A DNA stretch of 64,000 bases from assembly GCA_963816185.1 (NCBI GenBank), contig CAWFJJ010000024.1, forward strand, positions 1 through 64,000, read 5' to 3'. The number at the start of each line of letters is the position of its first letter. Within the stretch, counting starts at the first letter, position 1. The notes beneath the pieces are model-generated. The model did not search any database. It saw only the letters and a list, made by a program, of their open reading frames with translations, and was not told the origin of the DNA. Below, piece by piece: positions 49,683 through 59,079 of this stretch. This stretch comes from Thermoanaerobaculia bacterium. GTDB lineage: Bacteria > Acidobacteriota > Thermoanaerobaculia > UBA5066. Made by a program: the position numbers and the translations under genes.

Positions 49683-49822
49683 CTCGGGAAAGGTCCCTTG
49701 GCACATTGACTGCGGGCCGTCAGGATGTGACGGTCCGGCAGTCTAGTGGCGAACTACGGTCGTGCCTCCGGCAAGCCTAACCGGCTTGTCAGCAGGCGCG
49801 ATTCGGAGTTTGTGGTGTGCGG

Positions 49823-50824
49823 CTAGCTCTGCCATATCTCCTCGAGAGAGAGCGCCGACGCCTCGGCGTCGACGACGCCTTCGAGCGCGGCGAAGCGGGC
49901 GAACGACTCGTCGCCGTAGTTCGAGACCACGGCCTCGATGCCCCAGCCGCGCACCTTCACCTTGACCGAGTCGAATGCGGACAGCTCCTGCCCATACGCC
50001 GCGGCGTCCTCCGTCGCCTCGTTCCCGTAGCGCAGGCGCCGGAAGCGCGCCTTGAGCGTCTCGAGGTCCTCGTCGACGACGAGCCTGCCGCCCTTGAGGA
50101 TCCCGACGCGGTCGGCCATCTTCTCGACTCCCGCGAGGTCGTGCGACGTGAGGAGGACGGTCGTCCCCCGGTCGGCGAGCTCGCCCACGAGCTCGTCGAA
50201 GAACGCCGCGCGCGCCACGGCGTCGAGGCCGAGCGTCGGGTCGTCGAGGACGAGGAGGTCGGGCCAGGATGCGAGGGCGAGGGCCAGGGAAACGAGCGCC
50301 TTCTGGCCCTTCGAGAGGTTGCCATACGGAGCGGCGGCAGGCACGCCGAAGCGGGACAGGCGCGCCTCGACGGACTCCGCATCCCACGCGGGATAGACCT
50401 TCGCGCAGAACGCCGAGAGCTGGCGGGCGGTCATGGACGGCGGCGCGTCCGGGTCCTCGGGTACGATGCCGACCTTCGCCATCAGGCGCGCGCGGTTCTT
50501 CCAGACGTCCTCGCCGAAGAGCGCGCACGAGCCGGCTGTCGGCTTCTGCTGGCCGAGGAGGCAGCGCACGAGGGAGGATTTCCCGGCGCCGTTCCGACCG
50601 AGTAGGGCATAGACGGAGCCACGGGGAATGGAGAAAGAGATTTCTTCGAGAGTGGGCTTCGGGTTGCCGCCGTACCTCACGAGAAGACGACGAACCTCGA
50701 CGGCGGGCGCGGAAGATTTCTTCGAATGCGATTCCGCCGGGAAAGGCGCCGGCGCGCCCGAGCGACCCGCCGCGGCGGCCAGGTCCGCTGCCCGCGACGG
50801 TTCTGATCCGCGCATCGCGCTCAT
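49823..50824 (-). CDS. ABC transporter ATP-binding protein (YtrB-like)
   Basis: GRNGAGKS, LSKGQ, LDDPTLGLD and SH motifs; C-terminus ends abruptly at LSLEEIWQS. Confidence 0.92.
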   Translation of the reverse strand: MSAMRGSEPSRAADLAAAAGRSGAPAPFPAESHSKKSSAPAVEVRRLLVRYGGNPKPTLEEISFSIPRGSVYALLGRNGAGKSSLVRCLLGQQKPTAGSCALFGEDVWKNRARLMAKVGIVPEDPDAPPSMTARQLSAFCAKVYPAWDAESVEARLSRFGVPAAAPYGNLSKGQKALVSLALALASWPDLLVLDDPTLGLDAVARAAFFDELVGELADRGTTVLLTSHDLAGVEKMADRVGILKGGRLVVDEDLETLKARFRRLRYGNEATEDAAAYGQELSAFDSVKVKVRGWGIEAVVSNYGDESFARFAALEGVVDAEASALSLEEIWQS

Positions 50825-50848
50825 GCGGCAACTCCCCTGCTTTTCCTT

Positions 50849-51253
50849 CTAAGAATCTTCATTTCTCTTCTTTCTAAGAAATCCCAAACTGCGTTTCACG
50901 CGCTCCACCGCCTCATCACTGGGCGCGCCGATCGTGACGGCGAGCGACGCGTACCGCATCGCACCTCCTTCGAGCTCCTTTTCGCGCTCGCCGCGCGGGA
51001 GAGCCGGCGGCCTGTCGGCGACGAACGTCCCCTCCCCGCGCTTGACGGCGAGGACTCCCGAGTCCACGAGGCGCTGGTAGCCCTTCGCGACCGTCGCCGG
51101 GTTGATCGACAGGTCGCGCGCGAGGTCGCGCACGGACGGCATGGCCGAGCCAGGCTTCATCGCGCCGGACGCCACGAGCCGCCGGACGTTCTCCTCGATC
51201 TGCTTCCAGAGGGGAACGGCGTCGGAAGGATCGATGGAGAGGCTGCGGCTCAT
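50849..51253 (-). CDS. GntR-family regulator, YtrA subfamily
   Basis: PLWKQI, PSVRDLA..INPATVAKGY and RGEGTFV motifs; short C-terminal domain; located in an ABC operon. Confidence 0.93.
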   Translation of the reverse strand: MSRSLSIDPSDAVPLWKQIEENVRRLVASGAMKPGSAMPSVRDLARDLSINPATVAKGYQRLVDSGVLAVKRGEGTFVADRPPALPRGEREKELEGGAMRYASLAVTIGAPSDEAVERVKRSLGFLRKKRNEDS

Positions 51254-51963
51254 ACGCGGACCTCCGCGTACGTGATCTCCCGCCGCTCGAGCACCCACGC
51301 GGCAAGAACAAGCGCAGCCGCGGTGACGAAGACGGTCACGAATAGCTCAGAGATGCCTACCGCCGGAGGAGAGCCCGAGGCCATGCCCCAGCCGGGGGCG
51401 AGGACGAACTGGAGACCGTCGCCCAACCGGATCCAAAAATCGTCGCGGTTGAAGAATCCGACCATGCGGGAGGTCTGAGCTGCAACCGAAGCGAGGCCCC
51501 ACACGGCGAGATCCGAGAGCCCGCTTCCGAGCGCGGAAAGGAACAGGAGCACCGCCGAAGTTCCCGCCGCCGCGAGGATCCGTTCAAGGAGCCGCGGACC
51601 GAGCGCATCCGCCTCGAACGAGCCGTGGCAGACCCGGAGGATCAGAACGACGGCCAGGAGCTGCGCGGCGGAGAGGACGCCTGCTGTCGCCGTGACGGAC
51701 GCCCACTTGCTTAGCGCATAGACCCAACGTTTGATTGGTCGCGTGAACACTAGAGCGAGAACGCCGCTCGAGATGTCGAGACCCAAGATGCCGTTCGCGA
51801 GTGTCACGGCGAGGAGCGGATGGAAGAAGGAGACGCTAGAGTTCGGCCGCGGGTCCACCAGGGCGATGGGGATCGGGAACAGGGCGAGGCCGAGCAGAGT
51901 TGCAACGCGGATGGGATTCGAGAGCCGCTCGCGCAGCGTGGCCGCGCAGATGTCGAGGTTCAT
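51250..51963 (-). CDS. ABC transporter permease
   Basis: About six TM helices, G.LALVFTRPIKR..K motif; ATGA overlaps. Confidence 0.85.
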   Translation of the reverse strand: MNLDICAATLRERLSNPIRVATLLGLALFPIPIALVDPRPNSSVSFFHPLLAVTLANGILGLDISSGVLALVFTRPIKRWVYALSKWASVTATAGVLSAAQLLAVVLILRVCHGSFEADALGPRLLERILAAAGTSAVLLFLSALGSGLSDLAVWGLASVAAQTSRMVGFFNRDDFWIRLGDGLQFVLAPGWGMASGSPPAVGISELFVTVFVTAAALVLAAWVLERREITYAEVRV

Positions 51964-52709
51964 GCGACCGTTTCTCCGGCGCCCGCATCCTCGGGCTGGA
52001 AGAGGGACTCGAGCCGAACTCCCTCGGGAACGTCCGCGAGTCGCCCCGCGCGGAGGAAGAGGACGCGGTCCGAAACCCGCTCGACCTGTTCGAGCTGGTG
52101 CGAATTGAAGAGAATCGTCACGCCGTCGGCTTTAAGGCTCGCGAGGAGGCGGCGGACGAGGAGCACGCCGTGCGGGTCGACCCCTGACGTCGGCTCGTCG
52201 AGGAAGAGGAGACGCGGCCTTCCGACGAGCGCTTGCGCGAGCGCGAGGCGCTGGAGCATGCCCCGGGAATACGTTGAGATGCGTCGCCGCCGTGCCGACG
52301 GCTCGAGCTCCACGCGGTCGAACGTTTCGGCGACATCCGACTCCTGCGTCGCGCGAGGACGTCCCGCGAGGGCATGGTGGTAGGCCACGAAAGCCCGGCC
52401 GCTCATCCAGCGGTCGAAGGACAGGCGCTCGGGGACGTATCCGACGAGGCGGTTAACCTCCGGTGTGCCGGGCCCTCCTCCGAGGATCCGGATTCGCCCC
52501 TCGTCCGGGAAGAGAAGTCCGAGCAGGCATCCGAGAAGCGTCGTCTTCCCGGCGCCGTTCGGGCCAACGAGGCCGAGGACGATGCCGGGCTTCACTTCGA
52601 ACGACACGCCGGACAACGCGGGAACCGGCTTACCCGCATAGCGCTTCGTGAGGCCGGAGACGGCAATCGCGGGATCTGGAGCCGGTGCCGAATCAGTGTA
52701 TCGCAACAC
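51960..52709 (-). CDS. ABC transporter ATP-binding protein
   Basis: GPNGAGKT, YSRGM, LDEPTSG and NSH motifs. Confidence 0.93.
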   Translation of the reverse strand: MLRYTDSAPAPDPAIAVSGLTKRYAGKPVPALSGVSFEVKPGIVLGLVGPNGAGKTTLLGCLLGLLFPDEGRIRILGGGPGTPEVNRLVGYVPERLSFDRWMSGRAFVAYHHALAGRPRATQESDVAETFDRVELEPSARRRRISTYSRGMLQRLALAQALVGRPRLLFLDEPTSGVDPHGVLLVRRLLASLKADGVTILFNSHQLEQVERVSDRVLFLRAGRLADVPEGVRLESLFQPEDAGAGETVA

Positions 52710-52743
52710 TGATACACTACGGACGCCGAGAGCCGTTTGTCAA
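52695..52743 (-). promoter_or_regulatory. Promoter with overlapping YtrA-type operator
   Basis: TTGACA-18 bp-TAGTGT on the minus strand; palindrome AGTGTATC-N8-GATACACT (52695-52718) covering the -10 and start codon. Confidence 0.75.
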
Positions 52744-52767
52744 GGATGCCGGAGAAAAGATCGATTC

Positions 52768-54009
52768 CTAGCCCGGGGCCCGCCCGGCCGCGAGCCGAGA
52801 TGCGAGGTCGTCCAGGTGCGACGCGCGCAGCCGCGCCTCGGCCTCGGAGATCGTCCCCGCCTGCACGAGTGCGGCGAGCGAGTCCTCCATCGTCATCATC
52901 CCGAAACGCTTTCCGAGCGTCAGCTCCGTGTGAATCTGGTGGAACGAGCCCCGGCGGATGTGGGCGCGGATGGGGTCGGTCGCGACGAGGATCTCCACGG
53001 CGGCCGCGCGGCCGGATCCGTCCTTCTTCGGGACGAGCTGCTGGCAGACGATGGCCGACAGTGCGAGCGAGAGCTGGTGCTTCACCTGCCCCTGCTGCTC
53101 GGCCGGGAAGATGTCCAGGATCCGGTTGATCGTCTGCGGGACGTCGTTCGTATGGAGCGTCGTGAGCACGAGGTGGCCGGTCTCGGCGGCCGTCACGGCG
53201 GCGCGCGTGGTCTCGAGATCCCGCATCTCGCCCACGAGAATCACGTCGGGGTCCTGGCGGAGCGCGGCGACGAGCGCCGAGGCGAAGTCCGGCACGTCGA
53301 CTCCCACCTCGACCTGCTCGACGAGCGATTTCGCATGGGTGTGCTCGTATTCGACGGGGTCTTCGATGGTCACGATGTGCCGCCTCTCCGTCCGGTTCAT
53401 GCGGTCCACGAGGGCCGCGAGGGTCGTCGTCTTGCCGGAGCCGGTCGCGCCCGTCACGAGGATGAGGCCGCGCGCGGCTTTCGTCAGGTCGTAGAGCATC
53501 TCCGGCAGACCGAGCTCGGAGAGAGAAGGGACGCGCTTGGGCAAAACTCGCAAGGCCGCCGCGACCCCCCGCCGCGTGCGGTGGAGGTTCACGCGGAAGC
53601 GGCCGAGGCCCGCGAGGTGGAGCGAGAGGTCCACGACGCCCGTCTCGTGATAACGGCGGCGCCGGTCGCCGGAAAGCGACGGCGAAAGGAGATCGAACAC
53701 CTCCTGCGCCGAGATCGACTCTCCTCCGCCCGCCCTTTCGAGAGAGCCGTGCATCCGCACGACCGGCGAAGCGCCGGGCACGAGGAGGAGATCCGTTGCG
53801 CCGCGGCGGACGGTCTCCGAGAGAAGAGCCACGAGGACGGGAGGGATCTCGTCCGCGCCCGCCGGTGAGATCTTCGCGGGCAGATCGAGCTCGGGCGCCG
53901 GCTCCTCGGGACGCACGAGCTCCAGCTCGGGCTCGGCGGCGCCGCGCCGGTCGGAACCGGCGCCCTGATTCAGCGACCGGATCAGCTTGTTCAGCTCGTC
54001 CGTATCCAC
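52768..54009 (-). CDS. pilT: PilT/PilU-family type IV pilus ATPase
   Basis: GATGSGKTT, TIEDPVE, ALRQDPDVILVGEMRD and AETGHLV.TTLH motifs. Confidence 0.92.
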   Translation of the reverse strand: MDTDELNKLIRSLNQGAGSDRRGAAEPELELVRPEEPAPELDLPAKISPAGADEIPPVLVALLSETVRRGATDLLLVPGASPVVRMHGSLERAGGGESISAQEVFDLLSPSLSGDRRRRYHETGVVDLSLHLAGLGRFRVNLHRTRRGVAAALRVLPKRVPSLSELGLPEMLYDLTKAARGLILVTGATGSGKTTTLAALVDRMNRTERRHIVTIEDPVEYEHTHAKSLVEQVEVGVDVPDFASALVAALRQDPDVILVGEMRDLETTRAAVTAAETGHLVLTTLHTNDVPQTINRILDIFPAEQQGQVKHQLSLALSAIVCQQLVPKKDGSGRAAAVEILVATDPIRAHIRRGSFHQIHTELTLGKRFGMMTMEDSLAALVQAGTISEAEARLRASHLDDLASRLAAGRAPG

Positions 54010-54046
54010 GGGTGAATTCTACGGACGTCCCGCGGCTCCCGCCTCG

Positions 54047-54886
54047 TCAGGAGCCGGTCTTTCGCCTGAGCTCGTCGAAGGCGAGGAGGTCGGACAGGAA
54101 TTTCGGGAGGGTCGCGAGCGGGAGCTGCGTGGCGCGGTCGGACTTCGCGTGTGCAGGATCGTCGTGGACCTCGAAGAAGTAGCCGTCCACGCCGACCGCC
54201 GCCGCCGCGCGGGCGAGGGCGGGCGCGTACTCGCGGGAGCCGCCCGTCTCGGTCCCGAGCCCGCCGGGGAGCTGGAGGGAGTGCGTCGCGTCGTAGACGA
54301 CGGGCACGCCGAGAGCGCGCATCATGGGAAGGCCGCGGAAATCCACGACCAGGTTGTGGTAGCCGAAAGTCGTCCCGCGCTCGGTGAGCGTCACGTTCGA
54401 GTTGCCCTTCGCCCGGCATTTCTCGACGATCTGCCTGCAGTCGTCCGGCGCGAGGAACTGACCCTTCTTCACGTTCAAGGCCCTCTTCGTCGCGGCGGCG
54501 GCTTCGATGAGATCCGTCTGCCGGCAGAGGAACGCCGGGATCTGGAGGACGTCGGCGACCTCCGCGGCGATCGCGCATTGCTCGGGCTCGTGGACGTCCG
54601 TCAGGATCGGCAGGTCGGTCTTTTCCTTCACCTCGGACAGGATCGAGAGGCCCCGCTCGATGCCGGGGCCGCGAAAAGAGGCGCCCGCGCTGCGGTTCGC
54701 CTTGTCGAACGAAGACTTGTAAACGAGCCGGTCGGCCGCGCCGCAGCCCTCGAAGACCTGCTTGATCGCCTTCGCCATCTTCAAAGCGTGCGCACGTGAC
54801 TCAATCACGCACGGGCCCGCGAAGAAGACGGGCCGGCAGCGATCCCCGACGGAGAGGTGAGGCGTGATCGAGACGAAGACCTTCAC
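54047..54886 (-). CDS. kdsA: 3-deoxy-8-phosphooctulonate (KDO8P) synthase
   Basis: AGPCVIES, KSSFDKANRS, QIPAFLCRQTD, KKGQF and DATHS motifs. Confidence 0.96.
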   Translation of the reverse strand: MKVFVSITPHLSVGDRCRPVFFAGPCVIESRAHALKMAKAIKQVFEGCGAADRLVYKSSFDKANRSAGASFRGPGIERGLSILSEVKEKTDLPILTDVHEPEQCAIAAEVADVLQIPAFLCRQTDLIEAAAATKRALNVKKGQFLAPDDCRQIVEKCRAKGNSNVTLTERGTTFGYHNLVVDFRGLPMMRALGVPVVYDATHSLQLPGGLGTETGGSREYAPALARAAAAVGVDGYFFEVHDDPAHAKSDRATQLPLATLPKFLSDLLAFDELRRKTGS

Positions 54887-54924
54887 CGCGTCGATGTTAC
54901 AGAATGTGGGGACCGGGAGGTCCG

Positions 54925-55413
54925 ATGGCGATCCGCATTCTCGTGACGGGCGGGACATTCGACAAGGAGTACGACGAGCTGACGGGCCGTCTCTTCTTCA
55001 AGGACACCCACATCCAGGAAATGCTCCGGCTCGGCCGCTGCCGGGTGCCGGTGGCCGTCGAGACCCTGATGATGATCGACAGCCTCGAAATGACGTCGGC
55101 CGACCGCGAGACGATCGTGCGCCGCTGCCGCGAGGCCTCCGAGAGCTGGATCGTCATCACGCACGGCACCGACACGATGGTCGAGACCGCCGCGCCTCTC
55201 GCCGCCGCCGAGACGGGGAAGACGATCATTTTGACCGGCGCGATGGTGCCGTGGGCGTTCGGAAGCTCCGACGGGCTCTTCAACCTCGGAAGCGCGCTTT
55301 CCTTCGTCCAGTCGCTCCCGGCCGGCGTCTACGTCGCGATGAACGGCCGCTGTTTTGCGTGGAACAACGTCCGGAAAGACCGCGTCTCGGGGGTCTTCGA
55401 GGCCATCCGCTGA
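54925..55413 (+). CDS. Single-domain asparaginase-like protein
   Basis: TGGTFDK, DS, THGTDTM and TGAMVP motifs; GGAGG RBS. Confidence 0.9.
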   Translation: MAIRILVTGGTFDKEYDELTGRLFFKDTHIQEMLRLGRCRVPVAVETLMMIDSLEMTSADRETIVRRCREASESWIVITHGTDTMVETAAPLAAAETGKTIILTGAMVPWAFGSSDGLFNLGSALSFVQSLPAGVYVAMNGRCFAWNNVRKDRVSGVFEAIR

Positions 55414-55505
55414 GCGTGAGCGGCGCCACGTTTCCGCGACGACGCGGCGCGAGTTTTGCGTCGAAAACCCCGAGAGGTGAAAAAGTTACAATGAGGAAGA
55501 GGCAG

Positions 55506-56081
55506 ATGCAACGTCGTTCGTCGATTCTGGTGCTCGTGGTCGCGTCCGCTCTGCTCTCCTCGGCGAACTTCGTCCGGGCCGCCGAGCCGAAGCCGATCGA
55601 GACCTACACCGCGTTCGCGGCGAGTCTCGGAACCGGAAAGACCGCGGTGATCGACATCGCCGTCAGCCGCTGGTCGACGGACCAGGAGCGGGAGATGCTT
55701 CTGGCCACGCTCCAGGAGTTCGGCCGAGACAAGCTCGTGGACACGCTCCAGAAGCTCAAGCCGGTCGGCACGATCCGCGCGTCCAACTCCCTCGGCTATG
55801 ATCTCTATTACGCCCGCGAGCACAAGGCGGCGGACGGCAGCCGGCGCGTGGTCCTCGCGACGAACCGGCGCGTGTCGTTCCGCGAGCTCGCGAACAACCT
55901 GCGCTCGAAGGACTTCCAGCTCACGCTCATCGAGATTCACTTGGGCCCGGACGGGAAGGGCGAGGGCAAGCTCGTGCCCGCGGCGAAGGTCACTTGGGAC
56001 AAGGAATCGAAGAGAATCGAGATCGAGAACTACAGCGCGCTCCCGGTCGACCTGTTACAGGTCATCGCGAAGAAGCCCTGA
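55506..56081 (+). CDS. Conserved-looking secreted hypothetical protein
   Basis: Signal peptide; RWSTD.ER and GKGEGKL..AAK motifs; 3' part of ORF 54864..56081. Confidence 0.75.
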   Translation: MQRRSSILVLVVASALLSSANFVRAAEPKPIETYTAFAASLGTGKTAVIDIAVSRWSTDQEREMLLATLQEFGRDKLVDTLQKLKPVGTIRASNSLGYDLYYAREHKAADGSRRVVLATNRRVSFRELANNLRSKDFQLTLIEIHLGPDGKGEGKLVPAAKVTWDKESKRIEIENYSALPVDLLQVIAKKP

Positions 56082-56116
56082 CAGCCGGGTGCCGCATCCG
56101 GCCTCAGAATGGGGCC

Positions 56117-57787
56117 GTGCACAAGGCCCCGGCGTCCCCGTTCACGACCCTCGGCCTCGACGCGCGCCTCGTGAGCGCGCTCGTGGCGCTGGGCTACGAG
56201 GAGCCCACGCCGATCCAGAGCGCGGCGATCCCACGGCTCCTCGAAGGGCGCGACGTTTTCGCGCAGGCAGCCACCGGAACGGGGAAGACTGCCGCATTCG
56301 CGCTCCCGATCCTCCATCGCATCGGAGCGGAGGCCGAGCGGGGGGTCGCGCCTTCGGCCCTCGTCCTCGTGCCGACCCGCGAGCTCGCGATGCAGCTCGC
56401 CGAGGCCGTGCACCGGTACGGCCGGGGGATCGGGATCCGTGTCCTCCCCGTCTACGGGGGCGCGTCGATGGAGACGCAGCTCCGGGCCCTGAAGCGCGGG
56501 GTGGACGTCGTCGTCGCAACGCCCGGGCGCGCGCTCGACCACGTGAACCGCCGCTCGCTGGTTCTCGGAAGCGTCCGCACGCTCGTTCTCGACGAGGCCG
56601 ACGAGATGCTGGACATGGGGTTTGCCGAGGACCTCGACGCGATCCTCGCGGCGACTCCGAAGGCGCGGCAGACGGCTCTGTTTTCCGCCACGCTTCCGCC
56701 GCGCATCGCGACTCTCGCCGCCCGCCATCTCCGCGAGCCGGTCCGGATCGAGATCGAGAAGGAGAAGACCGCGCCGGGGAAGATGCCGAAGGTCCGGCAG
56801 ACGGCGTACGTCGTCGCCCGAGGCCACAAGCGCGCGGCGCTCGCACGCATCCTCGACCTCGAGAGCCCCGCAGGGGCGCTCGTCTTCTGCCGCACGCGTC
56901 TCGAGGTCGACGACCTGACCGAGAGCCTCAAGGGACGCGGGATGCGCGTGGAGGCGATGCACGGCGGGATGTCTCAGGAGCAGCGCGACCGCGTGATGAC
57001 GAAATTCCGCGCGGGGACGCTCGAGCTTCTCGTCGCCACCGACGTCGCGGCGCGCGGCCTCGACATCGGGCACCTCTCGCACGTCGTCAACTTCGACGTG
57101 CCGTCCTCGCCCGAGGTCTACGTCCACCGGATCGGCCGGACGGGCCGCGCCGGGAGGGAAGGCGTCGCCATCACGCTCGCCGAACCGCGCGAGCACTGGC
57201 AGCTTCGCAACATCGAGCGCCTGACAAAGCAGAAGATCGAGGTCGCGAACGTCCCCACGGTCGCCGACCTTCGCGCGAAGCGCCTCGAGCTGACGCGGGC
57301 GTCTCTCCGCGAGTCGATCCTCTCGGGCGGGCTCGAGGACTATCGCGTCGTCGTCGAGTCCCTCGCGGAGGAGTTCGACCCCATGGACGTGGCCGCGGCC
57401 GCCGTGAAGCTGGCGGACCCTTCCGCGGCTGGCTCGGGCTCGGTTGCGGACGAGCACGAGATTCCCGCGATTGCCGCGCCTCCTCCTCCGCGCGCGGCGA
57501 AGGCCGGGACGAAGTACAAGTCCGGGGGCAGGGAGCCGGGCGGCTCGGCGAGCATTTTCATCGGAGCGGGCCGGGCCGCGGGCGTCCGGCCCGGAGATCT
57601 CGTGGGCGCGATCGTCAACGAAGCCAAGGTGAGTCCCCGCGACGTGGGCTCGATCCAGATCGCCGAGCGGTTCTCGCTCGTGGAGGTGCCGGAAAGAATC
57701 GCCGAGTCCGTCATGCGCGCTCTCCGCGGCACGATGATTCGCGGTCAGAAGGTGGTCGTGAGGCGCGACAAGGATGCGGGGCGCTGA
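56117..57787 (+). CDS. deaD: DEAD-box RNA helicase with DbpA-type RNA-binding domain (DeaD/CsdA-like)
   Basis: Q motif, ATGTGKT, PTRELA, DEAD, SAT, HRIGRTGR; C-terminal RPGDLVGAI. Confidence 0.93.
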   Translation: MHKAPASPFTTLGLDARLVSALVALGYEEPTPIQSAAIPRLLEGRDVFAQAATGTGKTAAFALPILHRIGAEAERGVAPSALVLVPTRELAMQLAEAVHRYGRGIGIRVLPVYGGASMETQLRALKRGVDVVVATPGRALDHVNRRSLVLGSVRTLVLDEADEMLDMGFAEDLDAILAATPKARQTALFSATLPPRIATLAARHLREPVRIEIEKEKTAPGKMPKVRQTAYVVARGHKRAALARILDLESPAGALVFCRTRLEVDDLTESLKGRGMRVEAMHGGMSQEQRDRVMTKFRAGTLELLVATDVAARGLDIGHLSHVVNFDVPSSPEVYVHRIGRTGRAGREGVAITLAEPREHWQLRNIERLTKQKIEVANVPTVADLRAKRLELTRASLRESILSGGLEDYRVVVESLAEEFDPMDVAAAAVKLADPSAAGSGSVADEHEIPAIAAPPPPRAAKAGTKYKSGGREPGGSASIFIGAGRAAGVRPGDLVGAIVNEAKVSPRDVGSIQIAERFSLVEVPERIAESVMRALRGTMIRGQKVVVRRDKDAGR

Positions 57788-57789
57788 GC

Positions 57790-58629
57790 ATGGCCGTTTC
57801 TTCCGTCGCCGCCGCCGGTCTCGCCTTCGCGATCGCTCTTGCGGACGGCGGGAAGTCCGTGCCGATCGACCGATTCACGCTGAAGGTGCCCGGCGTGAAG
57901 GGCGCTCTCGTCCTTTCGTTAGAAGGCGTCGACCTCATCGGCGGCGCCGTCGTCGCGCCCGTGCGCCTCGCGAACGAGACGGACTTCGACGTCCTTTCGC
58001 CGAGGATCGACCTCGTTTCCGTCACCGAGACGCGGCGCGAAGGCGGACGCGACGTGGCGCGCGCGCTCGATGCCGCGGCGCCTTTGCCGCCCGCCTGGGA
58101 CCTGCTTCGCAAGAGGACGGACGCCGCGGGGCAGCTCTTTCGGGCCTCTCCGGTCGGGTTCTCTCCGGACACCTCGCTCGTCGTGATCCTCGGGGCCGTG
58201 AGCGGCGCCCTCGCAGTGGGATCGTTCGAGGTCGAGGGTGCGAGAAACCCCGCCCGGCTCGACATCGATTCCGGCTCGCTCTTCGTCACGGACGCGTCGG
58301 GACGCATCGTCAGGTGCGCGCTCGACGGGCGCGGCGCCGCGGAAGTGAAGCAGCGGCCCCCGCAGAGGAGTGACCCGGCGGGAGGACCGTGCGCGCGAGC
58401 GCGCGTCCAGGCCCTCGTGTGCCGCACGGCGCCCGACGGCGGCGCCTGGGCGATCGAGGGGCGCGAAGTGACGCAGCTCGATGCCGAGGGAGGGAGAGTG
58501 CGTTCATTCCCCCCCGGGGGCGAAGGCCCGCCGGTCGCGCTGGCGCTCGGCCCGGACGGAAGGCTTTACGTGGCGACGGCGGGCGAAGGTGGAAGCAGCG
58601 GGTCCGTGCGGATCTTCAGGCCCTTCTGA
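57790..58629 (+). CDS. Hypothetical secreted protein with partial NHL/propeller-like C-terminus
   Basis: 3' part of ORF 55798..58629; signal-like N-terminus; PVALALGPDGRLYVA. Confidence 0.65.
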   Translation: MAVSSVAAAGLAFAIALADGGKSVPIDRFTLKVPGVKGALVLSLEGVDLIGGAVVAPVRLANETDFDVLSPRIDLVSVTETRREGGRDVARALDAAAPLPPAWDLLRKRTDAAGQLFRASPVGFSPDTSLVVILGAVSGALAVGSFEVEGARNPARLDIDSGSLFVTDASGRIVRCALDGRGAAEVKQRPPQRSDPAGGPCARARVQALVCRTAPDGGAWAIEGREVTQLDAEGGRVRSFPPGGEGPPVALALGPDGRLYVATAGEGGSSGSVRIFRPF

Positions 58630-58632
58630 CGG

Positions 58633-59040
58633 CTACTTTTTCAGGAGCAGATTGAAGTCCGCACGATAGAACGTGCGGCCCTGTCCGTCGCGCCGCGTCG
58701 GAATGACGAAGAGCGGGAAGCGGCCCATCTTCTCCTGCTCGACGGTATACGTGCCCTCGGCGAGGCGCTCGCCTCCGGGCGCGACGAACGTGAGCGAGAA
58801 CTGGTGCGTTCCGTTCGAAGAAGGTTTCTCGTCGTACGCCTCGAGGACGACGTCGATCGAGCCCCGTGAATCGGCCGTCTGGACGTGAAACGTCCGGCCG
58901 ACGTATTGCGCGAAGTTGCGGACCGGCGTGATCGAGCCCATCGCGCCCACGGCCTTCGTGGCCGCCGACAGCGGACGGACCGCCGCGCCGACGACACCGG
59001 TCACGACCGTGAAGAGGAATTTCTTGCGGGTGATTTTCAT
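58633..59040 (-). CDS. DUF6916-like protein with Tat-like leader
   Basis: MKITRKKFLF leader; F..YVG..F, FSLTF, EGTY, LFVIP and YRADFN motifs. Confidence 0.8.
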   Translation of the reverse strand: MKITRKKFLFTVVTGVVGAAVRPLSAATKAVGAMGSITPVRNFAQYVGRTFHVQTADSRGSIDVVLEAYDEKPSSNGTHQFSLTFVAPGGERLAEGTYTVEQEKMGRFPLFVIPTRRDGQGRTFYRADFNLLLKK

Positions 59041-59079
59041 CGAAGACCTCCGGGGACGGTTTGTGCCACGATACGGCGC

